A DNA stretch of 64,000 nt from Ginglymostoma cirratum (GCA_024137785.1 JAHRHZ010000021.1:25995321-26059320), one strand, 5' to 3'; positions 49,415 to 62,582 are shown, numbered from the stretch's first letter. The notes: generated by a model not told the origin, from the letters alone. Numbers and translations are program-made.

Positions 49415-51294
49415 TAACCAGAGACTAAGTTTATTGAAGGTGATGATCTATTCAATACCACACGTGAAAGGCAGTTACCAACTGTTCCTGCTGTGATTTG
49501 CTGGGTGGGTTAAAGGAAGTAACATTTCAGGTGTACACAGAATCAATTTTATGAAGTACAATATAAAGATTACCATATTTAAGTTACATATTCTTTCAGA
49601 AAGCCACCGAGGAGGTTTGTAGTGTAGGCAAACCCAAAAGTATTATCAGAAATGCCAACCTACAGAATTTCACTTTTAGAAACCTGCTTTTTAACCACAG
49701 AAAGTACATAATAATTCTGACTGCAACGTTTCTACTACAATAAAATGTTACCCTCTACAAGAGGTTTTCTGGCCTCAGGAATTGATTTAAAATTATATTC
49801 ACTCATGTTATTTATAAGAGTGTACATTTTCAGATTTATGCATATAATTAGGTAGATATTTCATAACCAACATTTAATCTCAAAACATTATATTCCAATC
49901 CATTGCTCTTAGAACTGACACTTGCAACCCATGGATGAATAAAATGAAGAAACGTTTGCCCAACAATGCTGCCTTGATTACATATAGATTTACAGCTGTA
50001 CCTGTTGCCTAACAAACAAAATAATTTTCAAGGGTTTCATTATTTGCATTTTAGCTGCCATGTAGTAACCATTTTTAGTGTTCAGTGGAGCCCATGTTTA
50101 CACATCATTAAAAAGTTAGAACGTTAAGAAAAGAAAATAATGTTTCAATGAAAAACACATTAAATAAAGTTCAATTTGTCAAACCAGATTACACACTTAC
50201 ACAGGATTGAACGAAATATAGCCACATCTTTAAGTCAAGTCTAATTACTTTATTTTGATGTTGGTTGTTTTAGTACATGGCTTAAGATAATGCTCTAGTC
50301 TTTAAAAAAAAATACAGAAAGGCATAAAAATATATGTATCTGGCTTCCTTTGGTTTATCTCACAAAATAAAGCTACATACAAATTAAAAGAAAAAAAACA
50401 CAATTTTTTTTTAATGTAAGCAAATGTTTCCATCCTGCAATATACTACGTTGCTTTACCAACTTAATTTGGTCCATTATTACTCAACATAATAAAGTTTC
50501 CAGAAAAAAAAGTCAAACAACAAAATCTTAAATTAATGAAATGAGAGTATTAAAAATCCCTCCCACTTTCCCCATGCAGGTACACTTAATGTGGTTTTCA
50601 ATTAAAATGTAACTTCAGGAAATTATGCAGAGATGAATATTTGTTTAAAAAAAAATCATTATTTTTAGGGTTTATCAAAAAGCCTTTACACAATTAAATC
50701 CTTAATTTGCTTATAAAACAGACACGTAAAGAATGTTCTTAACAGTAGTTTACAGTAAAATGTATATTTAATAATTTAATGTGGTATTTAATGGAATTGG
50801 CAACCAAACAGATTCCTTTAATTTGAACCAAAAGCATCAAGAAAAATGAACGCAAAGTTGTGAACCTGGATTGTAAATCTAACTATATAACACATCTTTT
50901 AAAAAAAAACTTTATCATAAATGACATACATTAAAATGCATTTCAAAAGTTTGAGAAGGAACAGCTTTAGTTTTTGAAACTGTAGATTAATTAATATGTA
51001 CATATGCAATGTTCCATGGCAACAACTTTGCCTAATAACAAAGCAACATTTGCAAACTTTAACTGCACATTTTTAAAACAAAATTGCCAAATCTATGGTC
51101 CTTATTAGTACAGAGATGAGAGAAGATTCCACACAAATTATTTTTATGTCTATGTAGAAGTAAGAGTGCAACTGTTTCGTCTTCATAATGTTGAACATGA
51201 CCAGGGTATTTTAACATCTCCCGTCTTGGCAACAGTATGAATATTATCTCCAGTTTATTCAGCTTGCTTTTAAAAGTCATGCTACTCCAGATGA
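49415..51294 (-). other. MDFIC: MDFIC 3'UTR (inferred)
   Basis: Repeat-free AT-rich region between stop codon and candidate poly(A) signal; Pumilio-type TGTACATA at 50995-51002. Confidence 0.55.
49430..49435 (-). terminator. Candidate MDFIC polyadenylation signal
   Basis: AATAAA on minus followed ~15-50 nt downstream by GU/U-rich tggttatttgctttaggcttttgg; ends a repeat-free AT-rich stretch. Confidence 0.55.
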
Positions 51295-51545
51295 TCATGA
51301 AGGAAAGCAAATCCCACAACATTCCATACAGATTTCCAAGCAGTCCGAGGACTCGCAGCAGGCATCCATAATGCCACAATCCATGTCACAAGGGCAATTA
51401 CAATCATCCCCAAGGTCATCTGCTCCACAACAGCAGCAACAGTTTTCAGATGTACAGATACCACAGGAAGCTTGTCCCAAGATAATGTTGCAGAAGGTGA
51501 CGAACTCACAGAATAGGCAGGTGAGAATGCAGTGTACACAGCCAT
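51295..51545 (-). CDS. MDFIC: MyoD family inhibitor domain-containing protein, terminal coding exon (I-mfa domain)
   Basis: (D)GCVHCILTCLFCEFVTFCNIILGQASCGICTSENCCCCCG...CDMDCGIMDACCESSDCLEICMECCGICFPS*; polypyrimidine acceptor tttttctcccccacttgaag at 51565-51546, phase-1 intron. Confidence 0.95.
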
Positions 51546-51719
51546 CTTCAAGTGGGGGAGAAAAATGCAAATTACCATACATATCACAGATCGCAGTGGG
51601 AACAGGACAGGGAAGCAAAGCATGGCATCATACAATAGCAAGACAATAGATAACACCAAGTTAAAACACACTAAAAGATGTTTCCTAATTAGCAGTGATG
51701 TACAATGATCATTTTGCTA

Positions 51720-53675
51720 CCAAAAAGACGAATTATTTGAGAAATCTACAGGAGTCATACAAATTGAAAGAAAGCAGCAGATCAGAGAATTGGGAGCAGT
51801 TCAGATTTCAAAAATGGAGGACAAATGGTGAAAATAAGTACAAGAGTAAGTTTGCGGGGAACACAGAAACTGATTATAAAAGTTTCTTTAAGTATGTGAA
51901 GTGAAAAAGGTTACTGAAGAAGAAACATATGTCCCTTACAATCAGAATCAGGAATATTATAAAGGGAACAAAGATGGCAGACCAATTAAATATATATTCT
52001 GATTCTGTCTTTACAAAAACAATTCAGGGAACACTGGGTCTAATGAGTGGGAGGAACTGAAGGACATCAGCATTGTTATGGAAATAAAGGGAATTAAAGA
52101 CTTATAATGATAATCCACATCACAGAGTTCTTATGTAAGTGGCCCTAGAAGTAATGGACGTATTGGCAGACATCTTTCAAGATTCTTCAGGCTCTGAAAC
52201 AGTTATTACAGTTTAAAGGGTGTAGCTAATGTAACCCCACTATTTAAAATTGGAGGTTGAGAGAAAACATGGAATTATTGACCAGTTGGCCTAAAATTCA
52301 TAGGAAAATGCTAAACATCTGTTCTAAGATATTTAACAGCAGAACATTTGGAAAAGTGACAATCAGACAGAGTCAGCACGAATTTACGAAAGGGAAAATC
52401 ACACTTGACACATCTACTGGATTTGTTCACTCACTCAAAATTGTCCAAATCACATGTAAAGCCCTCTGCATCTTCCTCACAATTCACCCTCCCAGTCAGC
52501 TTTGTGTTGTCTGCAAACTTGGAGATATTGAGGATGTATCTAGTAGAATTGATAAAGGGGAGCCAGTGGGTATGGTTTACTTGGACTTTCAGAAAGCTTT
52601 CAATAAGGTCCCATATAAGAGATGAGCATGTAAATTTTAAAGTGCATGGATTGAGGGTAGTATACAGACATTGGTAGAGAACTGGGTGGCAGACAGAAAA
52701 CAAAGAGTAGGAACGGGCATATTAAAAATGGGCCTTTTAGTGAGTGGAAGCCAGCGATCAGTGGGTACTACAGCGATCAGTGCTAGGAACGCAGCTGTTC
52801 ACAATATGCATATTAATAATTTAGAGAAGGAAGCTAAATGTAGTATCTCCAAGACTGCAGATGGCACAAAACTAGATGGGAGGGTGAGCGGTGAGGAGGA
52901 TGCAGAGATGTTTCCGTGTGATTTGGACAAGTTGAATGCGTGGGCAAATGCATGGACGCTGAAATAAAGTGTGCAGAAATGAGAAGTTATCCACTTTAGT
53001 AGCAAAAACAGGAAGGCAAATTACTATACGAATGGCAATACGTCAGGAAGGGGGACAGGTACAATAAATTGACTATAGGAATAGACATGTCTTGCTGTAA
53101 TTGCGTGGCGCCTTGAGGAGACAACACCTGGAGTATTGTGGGCAGCTCCAGTCTCCTTATCTAAGGATGGATGTGCTGGCTATGGAGGAAGTGCAACAAA
53201 GGTTTATGAGATTGATTCCTGGCATCGCAGGAATGGCATATGAAGAAAGACTGGATTTATATTCACTGGAGTTTTAGAAGAATTGCGGGGGGTGGTCGGG
53301 CAGTGAGATCTCATAGAAACCTATGAATTCTAACAGGATTAGACAGGGTGAATGCAGGAAGGATGTGAGCAAAGACTGGGGAATACAGAACCAGGGCTCA
53401 CAGTCTAAGGATACAGGGTACTCAATTTAGGACTGAGATGAGGAGAAATTTCTTCACCCAGAAAGGGGGGAACCTGTGGAATTCTCTGCCACCAAAGGAA
53501 GTTAAGGTCAAAACATGGAATGTTTTGAAAAGTTAGATATAGTTTTTAGGGCTAAAGGGATCAAAGGATAAGCAGAGAAAGTGGGAACAGAGTACTGAGT
53601 TAGATGAGAAATTCAACAGTGGTGTAGGCTCAAAGTGCCAAATTACCTGTTTGAACTCATTTTTTCTATATTTCT
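51720..53675 (+). mobile_element. CR1-clade LINE in last MDFIC intron (antisense to gene)
   Basis: YLDFQKAFNKVP, SKTADGTKLDG, CDLDKLNAWANAW; CR1 3' tail. Confidence 0.9.
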
Positions 53676-55903
53676 ACATTTAATATCAATATTGGGAAGC
53701 AGAAAAACTGCAGTATTTGAATATCCTGGTGTACTAAATTCAGGCTGGAGTGATACCAATAAAGAGGAAAAAAAAAATCATTCTACTTTCTGTTCCATTC
53801 CCAAAAACACCAAAAGCAAATATTATGCCAGTGTACATCTGGCTGTGGCAAGGAACACTAAATGAAGCACTCAATTTCCTTTCATATTTCCAAGAAAATA
53901 TTTCATCCCGCTTTGAAACGATTAAACTGGGTGTTCCTTTTCTTGACCATGTTAGGATTCTAAAAAGACCAGGATTGTAAAGTCCTTTTGAACTGTGCTC
54001 AAAGTAACCTGAGGCACCAGTATACAGGCTGGATGAAAGACACATTGAAGTCTTAGCGCGTCTGTATTCTTCACAAAATGTCAAGCACTAGTATAAATCA
54101 TTTTGCTTAACTTATACCAATGTTGGAGTTCATGAAAAATCAGTTCTTTACTTCAAAGTTAATGTGTTGATGTGATGATCAATACAATGATGAGTGTCCA
54201 TTGAAAATGATGAATTCACATGTATGTGACTAGTTCAGATCATAAATTACATATGAACCAACAAATGAGGCAAGTAGTTCTTTTGAAAACGATATCTAAA
54301 ACGTTTATCCAAAATAGCTGAAGTCTTCTAAACTGAGTTTCAATGATTTATACGATAAACAAACGATATTTGGTGATTTTATTTTTGCTTGGCAAAGGAA
54401 TTCTTTCTACTTGATTATTCAACATCAGCATCATGAAACGTTCCCTTTTCAGATTCAGAAACAAAACTTCTCCTACTCTATCATGAAAACATGTTTCCAT
54501 TCCAACTTATGTGCACAATCTAGTTGAGCAGTCAGAATTGATTTGCAATTTTCATACCACCCACTGGGACATTGCCAGTCAATGCCAGTTTTGGTTTGTA
54601 GATCCATGCAGGCCAGGTTCCAGGTATGGAATAACCAACTAACCTCACACAGGGCCAAAAAACATACCTTCAGCTGATGTGTATGGGCTTTATGTGAAGT
54701 TATGCTCCAGAGATCATTCCACTTTCACCCAGTTTTCTTTTTATTAACATACTTAACATTAACATAATTTACTCTTTCATAGATTCAAACTTTTTTTTGT
54801 AGAAGAGGCTTGTATTAAAAATAGATCATACTTGTATAACTTAAACTAAAGCAAGGATTCTAAAGAATTGCATTGGGCATTGCCTTATGATTTCTCCTAA
54901 TCAGTACACATAAATTTGACAAAAATCAGGGATGACCATTTAACTACTTTAAGCAAAGTAGTTCTAAAGTTACACCAGCCAATCTGGAAAACAAGAAGAT
55001 GTTTGCCAAAACATTTATTTGAATTGCATGTAAGTAGACTTTATACAAATTGAACAATGTGAAGACTGTTACCCAACTTAATCTTTGAACTGGAATTTTT
55101 TGCTGGACTGAAGAGAACAAATTCAAGGTTTTCCCTTAGTAGCTAATTTAAGGTTTGAACATGACATTAACATATCGTTAAGTTCATTTTTAGAACATAA
55201 ACCTTAGGCCAGCACTGTCTTAGCCAGTTATGCTGACAGAGTTCAGAGCACTCAAAGTAAATCTCCAGACATTTAGTTGTCTCACGCCAAGAATCAAAGA
55301 AAGTGTTAAGCTGAAGTCACAGACATGGTTGGGGTCCTCAGCAGGGACTTCCTCAAGTTTCATATAGCAACAGGCATTGCGATCACAACAACAATTACAG
55401 ATAGCAGGCTGGCAACAGCAAAACTAAAGAAGGCCACAAGTGATCTCAGCACAGTGACAAGAACAAAGGTGCAGAACGAAAGAAGCCCAGCAATCAGATG
55501 CAGAAAGGAAGGCACAAAATAACAAAATGAGTCCAGGAAAATAAATAAAGCCAAGATAATGAAAATGATCACATTCATTCAAATCTTCTGCCCTCATAAC
55601 ATGTTTTAAAAATTTTTAACTTGGAATCTAATTATTTTATACATGGAAACTAATGTACAAATAAACAAATTAAATATTCAAATGTTTAAATCAACTTGTG
55701 ATTTAATACAAAGACAAAAGAAAAGGTGAGAATGTGTGAGGAGCCTTGTTCCTTCAAAGTAGATAAACACATGTATATAGCAGTTAGATATTGTAAGTTT
55801 TAATTTCCTATGATATTTATAGTGGACAGCCCAACTGCACACACTGTAGTTTGCTGGATTCCTAACAGAGGTACACAAATTCAAATCAGTGTCTCAATTT
55901 TGT

Positions 55904-56107
55904 GTCAGAACTCACACGACACCAAGTTGTAGTCAAACAGGTTTACTTGAGATCACAGGCTTTCAAAGTGCTGCTCCTTTGTCAGGTGATGAAGGAGCAA
56001 CGCTTCGAAAGCTTGCGATTTCAAAAGAAAACCTGTTTGACTATAACCAGGTGTCGTGTGACTCCTGACTTTGTCCACCCCAGTCCAACACTGGCACCTC
56101 CACATCG
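55904..56107. mobile_element. Hammerhead-bearing fold-back element, family C
   Basis: ~82-bp inverted arms centred at 55985/55986 plus an ~38-nt tail on the right arm; no clean TSD; PLE origin inferred from architecture only. Confidence 0.8.
55986..56014 (+). ncRNA. Hammerhead motif (family C; C3 lost at junction)
   Basis: (G)UGAUGA-A-GGAGC-AAC-GCUUC-GAAA-GC-UU; palindromic AGCU stem III; degenerate mirror copy at 55957-55985 starts CUGA. Confidence 0.6.
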
Positions 56108-57256
56108 ATTGACAGTCATCACTCTGACAAATCATGTTTTGCCTCTTAAAACCGATGTTTGCATGTGCAGCTCAATGAGGTGGCTCCCATAAGAACAAAT
56201 CCAATCAATACCAAAGGAAAATGATCTTCTTGATAACCAGCAGCAGAGAAATGCCACTGCCAAAACACAACCACCCTCATAACAAAGAATGCACAATGGC
56301 AAAAATTGATTGGAACACAAGTAGTAAAACTGGTTTTAGTTTATTTTGATGCTCTTTAAGGTGAAGGTTGACCAAAATGAATATTTTTCTATGAAATTTC
56401 AGATAAAAATCTTGGAAATCTCACATATTAAAAAATGTGGTAAAGTTTCTTCTGTTAGAATAGTATATCTTATCTTACACTCTCAGCGTGTAGAGGTACA
56501 CGGTCTACTTTTACTAGGACAGATGTGCCAAAACACCTGCAATGCAATCAAGTGGTTGAGACTACAGAACCTAATTTATGGCAAACTCCCTGTGTCAGCA
56601 TGGAGTAGATCTAAAGAACAATAAAGTTAACAGATTGGTGTTACATACTTCAAACCTAACTTCTAAATTTTACACTACTGAGTCACTCAATTAAGTCTGT
56701 AACATGAGCATATCATCCTGTACACTTAGCAACATCGAAAATACGGAACTGAACTATGTTGAGGTGTAATTTTTAAATTTAGTACTAAGTAGGGCTTAAT
56801 GCATACTTATTTTCACCAAGACAGAGCAATTCACTGACAGGTCCATCACATTGAAAGTTCAGATAGCTTTAACTAAGTTTGAGACCCAGAAAATCTGTTT
56901 TATAATAAAATACAAAATAAAATTAGGAATACAGCATAGTCCATAGGTGGGGAGAAATATAAATTGAACAGACATTCTATGACAGATTATTCTACTTGTT
57001 ATGAAGTGAGGTCTGCACTTGAAACTGCATTCTTGTTTGTAAGCAAATTAATAGGCAATACTGGCTGGCTGGAAAACCCACAAGTGTCAGGTGGAATTCT
57101 GATTTTATACTCCACACAAATCTCTGGATTGATTTCAATGAAGAATAACAAAAAAATCAGGTGGTAAATAACTCAGAATTCTACCAATTGTACAAGTTAA
57201 CTTAAAATTGCCTCCAGTAATTCTACACATCAACAAGTGATCAATTCACAATCTCA

Positions 57257-57402
57257 GAGACAGTAGGAACTGCAGATGCTGGAGAATCTGAGATAACAAG
57301 GTGCAGAGCTGGATGAACACAAGGTCTCGGCCCGAAACGTCAGCCTTCCTGCTCCTCTGATGCTGCTTGGCCTGCTGTGTTCATCCAGCTCTACACCTTG
57401 TT
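57257..57402. mobile_element. Family A fold-back element with central deletion
   Basis: 28-bp inverted arms; hammerhead 3' half ggtctcggcccgaaacgtc; 14-bp TSD aattSacaatctca at 57243-57256 and 57403-57416. Confidence 0.88.
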
Positions 57403-58024
57403 AATTGACAATCTCATTCAGCTGCAGGCTCTTAGTGCTCAGAATACTAACCTGTAACTGGGTTTTCCTTTTCACTGACAGTTTCACCAACAGGTTAATC
57501 CCATTTTAAGCATAGGTGTGCTCCTGGGAACATATCCCTAAGACCTACTGCTTCTCACCAGAACAAGGTAGTCATACGGTCACCTACTTTTTGCTTCAAA
57601 TTCACCATTCACAGCAATCAGAGCAGTGGCACAGGTCTACAGAAACAATGAAATTCTATTGCTAGTCAACATACAAGAATAATAACTCCTACTCTATGTT
57701 TGTTTGTTCTCGGTAGCAGCCTGACATTGTTGAAATGTTAAGATGAGTGCAAAACAAAGTATAGAACTAGTATTACGGCCAGCAGGGCGCAGATGTGGAG
57801 GAGGTGGATTTCCTAGTATTTGTCCTCAACGACAGTTGCCAAAACTATTAAACATTAAACATGCAAGAAAAAAACCGGAAAGCTCTTAGAATCCCAGAAT
57901 ACAGCAAAGACAGATATGGGGCAATTAGAGATTAGCACTAAATGCTGGCCTAGCCATCAACACCCACATTCTATGAAAAAATATAAAGAGAAATATTGCA
58001 ATAGATGATTGGTCATGCAAGAGA

Positions 58025-58185
58025 GTGGGAGAGAGAAGTGGTTACATGGCTTGAGGGACACCATTCTACATCATGTTAAGGAAAGAGCAATGAAGCAGAT
58101 CTCCATGAACCATCATAGCCAGGACAGGGACTTAACCTGCACTGTTTGCATCATTCTGCATCATCCACTAGCTATCTAGCCAACT
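58025..58185 (-). mobile_element. tRNA-derived SINE (degenerate)
   Basis: Reverse-complement similarity to 4300-4472. Confidence 0.45.
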
Positions 58186-60004
58186 TGTCTCAATGCATCC
58201 TAATACACTTGCAATTTACCACGGAGAATTCACTTACCTAACGGAAGGTGGTTTTTGTCAAATAGATCATCTTGCACGTAGTATAGAGAAAAATAACTAT
58301 ACTAAACAAAACTGCCCTGCAGGCTATATCCTATTTTGCATATTCAACAGCTTTCTATATACTTTGTTGCATACGTGACAGTTTCATACACTTTGTTGCT
58401 TACTGTACAGGTACTACTTTTGAAATGGACTGTAGCATACTCTTTCTCTAACCTAATTTGAATTAATTAGGAATACTGCCATACCAAAACACACTTAAAA
58501 ACAAAAAGGATATTCTTCTTCAAGATATTCTATTTTGATCATTCCCCTTGCTTCATACATTCCCTAAATCATATGTAGACCTGTAATCTATTCTTATAGG
58601 AGACAAGTGCATATATGAATTGAATTGAATCATTTTCTGTCACATGTATTCGGATGTAAAAATACAGTGAAAAAAGTGTGTACCTTTGCCATACATACAT
58701 GGCCCCATTCACATTAACTTAGAATAAGAAAAGGAAAAAAAAACTTGAGAGTCCAACTTTAAAAAAAAACAAATGAATTGCACACATTTTCTCACTACAG
58801 GCGTAGGAAAATATCTGTATTGCTTATGAAATGGTTTCACTTGTAAATTTGTTTTCTGTCCCCCAAAAGTAATACAAAAATGAAACATTACAAAATTAGA
58901 TCATCGATGTGATAATGAGTTGAAGTCTATGAAGCCTACAGGCAGGAATGTTGTGGGGTTTTTTTTGGGAAAAAAGAATCATCCATTAACATTCTGCTTC
59001 AAATGGAGTCCTCAACTCACTTCCTTTATGTCTTGTACATCCTGTTTTGATTTCCTGAAAAATTAGTTGCTCACTAAAGTCTATTAATTATCATTAATAT
59101 AACTGACTGTTAGGCCCTGAAGGCAGAAGCAGTAATTGACTCATCAATTTATCTCCACTTTCAGGTATTATCCAAGTTCAAGACATCAATTAAAAGACTA
59201 TAAATGCACTTTCTAGCTTCACCAAACCCAAAGTGATTTGAAAAGACAAAAAGTACATCAAAGACAGTGAACTGGCATTTCTTTGGTTAAATACAAATAC
59301 AGGAACTATGTATGATTGACTTGCTCCATTATAAAATGCAAATAAGGCACTAGTAAAATAAACTAGTGGCTAAGGTTTAACTGGAAGAGGGAAATTCGCA
59401 AGTATGAATAAATCACATTTTTATTCAATAGAGATCAGAAACTCAGCAGACTAGTCTGTGTTTAAATGCAAATTAGAAAAAGGATCTAACTAACCATTTA
59501 ATGAAGCCACTATATTTTAAACCCAATAAAGGAATCCAGTTCAGAAATTTTCATGTTTATGCAACAGACATACCAGTCCCCTGCAGAAGTTAAAATAAAA
59601 ACTGAATAAACACTTAGTTACATTTTAACAAATGCAGGCCATTACCAAATCAATGGCAGTTTTGAAGGTAACTTGTTGGGCAGCATTTAGGAAAAAAGCA
59701 TGCGGCACATTTTTCTCTATAGGCTGCGATGTCTCTCCAGTGTCAGAATTCAATTCCAGGCCTAAAGTATCCAGCCTCATTGATAAGTGAATTCAGTTGG
59801 TCAGCTGCACCATTGCTCACCCAACAGCAATGTACAAAATGTTTAGACTTGTCTTGTAGCCATACTTTAAATTATTTGAATGTCATTTTTTTTTAATAAA
59901 AACAAGTGCTTGAGGGCTGCAGTTGATCCTTATAGTATTTTTATCTTTTATTTTTTAAGGGGATGTAGATGGCCTACATTTATTCCTCAATGTAGACTGC
60001 CGAA

Positions 60005-60741
60005 GGTATAACACCGACCCATTAACTTTCTCCCTCCTCCGTATCCAAGGGCCCAAATGCACCTTCCAGGTGAAGCAGCATTTTACATCCATTTCACTGA
60101 ATCTGGTCTACTGCATTCGCTGTTCACAATGTGGTCTCCTCCAGAGAAGCACAGACTGGTAACTACTTCACAGAACACCTATGCTCTATCCACAAAAAAG
60201 ACCCTGAGCTTCCAGGTGCCTGCCACTTCAACACACCATCTTGTTCTTTGGCCAACGTCTCTATCTCAGGCTTGCTGCAGTACTCCAGCAAAACTCAGGA
60301 CAAGCTGGAAAAACAGTACCTCATTTTTTACTTGGGAACTCTACAGCCTTCTGGACTGAATGTCAAGATCAACAATTTTAGGGCTTGAGGCACCTTCCCT
60401 CATGCCAACCCACACACACCAGGCCTAGTTATCACACGGTCTCATATTATGCACAACCCATTGTGAGCCACTAACAGTCCCCGTTAATAGTTATTCACTC
60501 TCCTAGCCAGATCGTTATCCACTCCTTTGTCCTTCCATCTGTCCTTCTCTCTCTTTAGTCTCTATCTCCACCTATCGTTTGCTCCTTACCCCCGCCCCAC
60601 CCATCTTCTGCATAAGAAAATGACTTTTTCCTAGCTACCATCAATTTGGAGGAAGGGCACTGGACCCAAAACATTAATTCTGATTTCTCTCTACAGATGC
60701 TGCCAGACCTGTTGCGTTTTCCAGCAATTTCTGTTTTGTTT
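60005..60741 (+). mobile_element. Second Penelope-like family, GIY-YIG 3' fragment with family B terminus
   Basis: FTEHL...CHFN...SISGLLQ...KLEKQYLIFYLGTLQPSGLN; terminus with degenerate hammerhead at 60647-60675; interrupts a minus-strand SINE (~59950-61040). Confidence 0.85.
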
Positions 60742-62532
60742 ATCCCAAAGTGTCTTTGAAGTAAATATCTTGCATGATCATTTCATTAGGCAATTAAAAG
60801 TCACCACACATTGCTGTGGGCCTGGAGTCACATGGAGCCAGACCAGGTAAGGATGGCAAATATCCCTCTTATGATGGATACCAGGGGACCAGATGGGTGG
60901 ACCAAATGACGACAGTAATAGTTACCATGACACAGAGAGGGTTTCAATTCTTGATTTATTAATGTAATTTATATTTCACTAGTTAATGTGGTTGGACTTA
61001 AACTCATGTCTCTAGAGTATTAGTCTGAGCTACTGGAAGTCCACTACCTTCTGTCTACAAATTCCATAAAAAGATATATGGCTCAGAAAAAGGGCATTAA
61101 ACCCAATCAGTTCATTGTGTTGTCTACAGTGCACTCAATGCTTTTTTTGCTCTGAAATAGTTGTGCTATTACTTTTAAGGGTAAGCTGATACTGAACGGA
61201 AGCAGCTTTACTCTGACTTTGCTTTGGTCTAGAATCAGGCCTGACACACTGGATTTGCATTATTCTAAAGTCAAAAACCTCAGTTTTCTGAATCTGAAAC
61301 TGAAACTAAGTGACTTTAGACACAGAATCCATTTTTCCAAGATACAGTGTTGGTGTTGGTGGGGAAGAAAGATCTGTCTGCACCACAGACCAGTGAAAGC
61401 TTCATTTAAGACTAAATTAGGTTACTCATCAATTATTAACAGCCACAATATAAAACAGGACCTGTTTTAAAGCATCCTTTTAGAATCTCTGCAAGTTTCT
61501 TTTTCTTTCTAAAATTTTGATCTCCAGTGTAACCAACAATCATGCTAAAGGTTAATGCATCTTTCTTACTTTCCCTGGAGATGACATAGTCAAAAGTCAG
61601 TGAAAGTAATAGCAATTTAAATATTGTATTAATTGGTAGATCTATCCAGCAATCTTCAATGTCATTTTGGGATTTTAAACTATTTCTTTCACCCTTCACC
61701 ACAGTTTCAAAGCAGGGATACACATTTAAAATCTTCCAAACATAGGCCAGTGTTATTATGATAAAGGAAGGATTGAGGTGCAAAAATCCCAACTTCTGCT
61801 GATCATAATGTTCACAGACACAGAGTAATTTATTTAATGTCTGACCATCAGTTAGCTTTATACTTTAGATGGTTCTCTTGGAAACCCATCAGTGATCTAA
61901 TGGGAAGTAGGCAGGAAGGGAGAGCTGAAGTCCAGGATAAGGCACGATCATGCTAAATTATATGTTACAGTCCTCATCCTATTTTTGCGATTTTGGGAGT
62001 GGTGTTGAAAATATAGAAATGAGCTTGCTGGTCAGGTTGACAAGATTACTGCTACATCTCTAAATGGGAAAAGAAGTTGGTTACTTCCTATGGCAGTAGA
62101 AGAAGAAAAGGAAAGATGCAAAGACTATCAGAATGTTTATTGCAAGACTAACCAAGCGCTAACCAAGATTTCAGTGTCAAGATGGATGAAAAACTGGCAT
62201 ACTGAACCAAAGAACTGTGACATTGTTGCATGGTTTTGTATTTCTCTTATTCATAAGGAGAAATTTTAGGTTAAGTGAATAGTTTCTTTTTACAGACCAG
62301 TCACTCTCCAATTCCTTTGTGATCTACACAATAAAGTAACAATGATTTTATATCTGACCTCACCACATTGAAGTACTTTGACCAACCTACCAAACAAAAA
62401 CTGGACAAGTGCATGAGGGGGCTTACACAAAAGCCAAAATGTTGAATTCAGGTCACCAATGTTATTGTTGACACTCCTTCCATGCACACCCCACCCCCAC
62501 CATCCACTATGATTAGTAATTGTATTGGTCAG

Positions 62533-62582
62533 TGTCTCTCTCTCTCTCTCACTCACACACACACACACCCACCCACCCACCC
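62533..62582. repeat. Compound microsatellite (TC)n(AC)n(CACC)n
   Basis: Directly visible. Confidence 0.9.

Noticed and set aside
51546-51618. N-terminal extension of the MDFIC ORF (MLPCPVPT...)
   Set aside because: Lies upstream of a clear splice acceptor; intronic read-through of the ORF caller
54662-54720. Minus-strand donor-like site GCTGAAG|gtatgt as a possible penultimate MDFIC exon
   Set aside because: Phase fits, but there is an in-frame TAA seven codons upstream, no good acceptor and no similarity to MDFIC
55360-55578. 72-aa hydrophobic ORF on minus
   Set aside because: By-product of an A-rich opposite strand; no recognisable family or splice support
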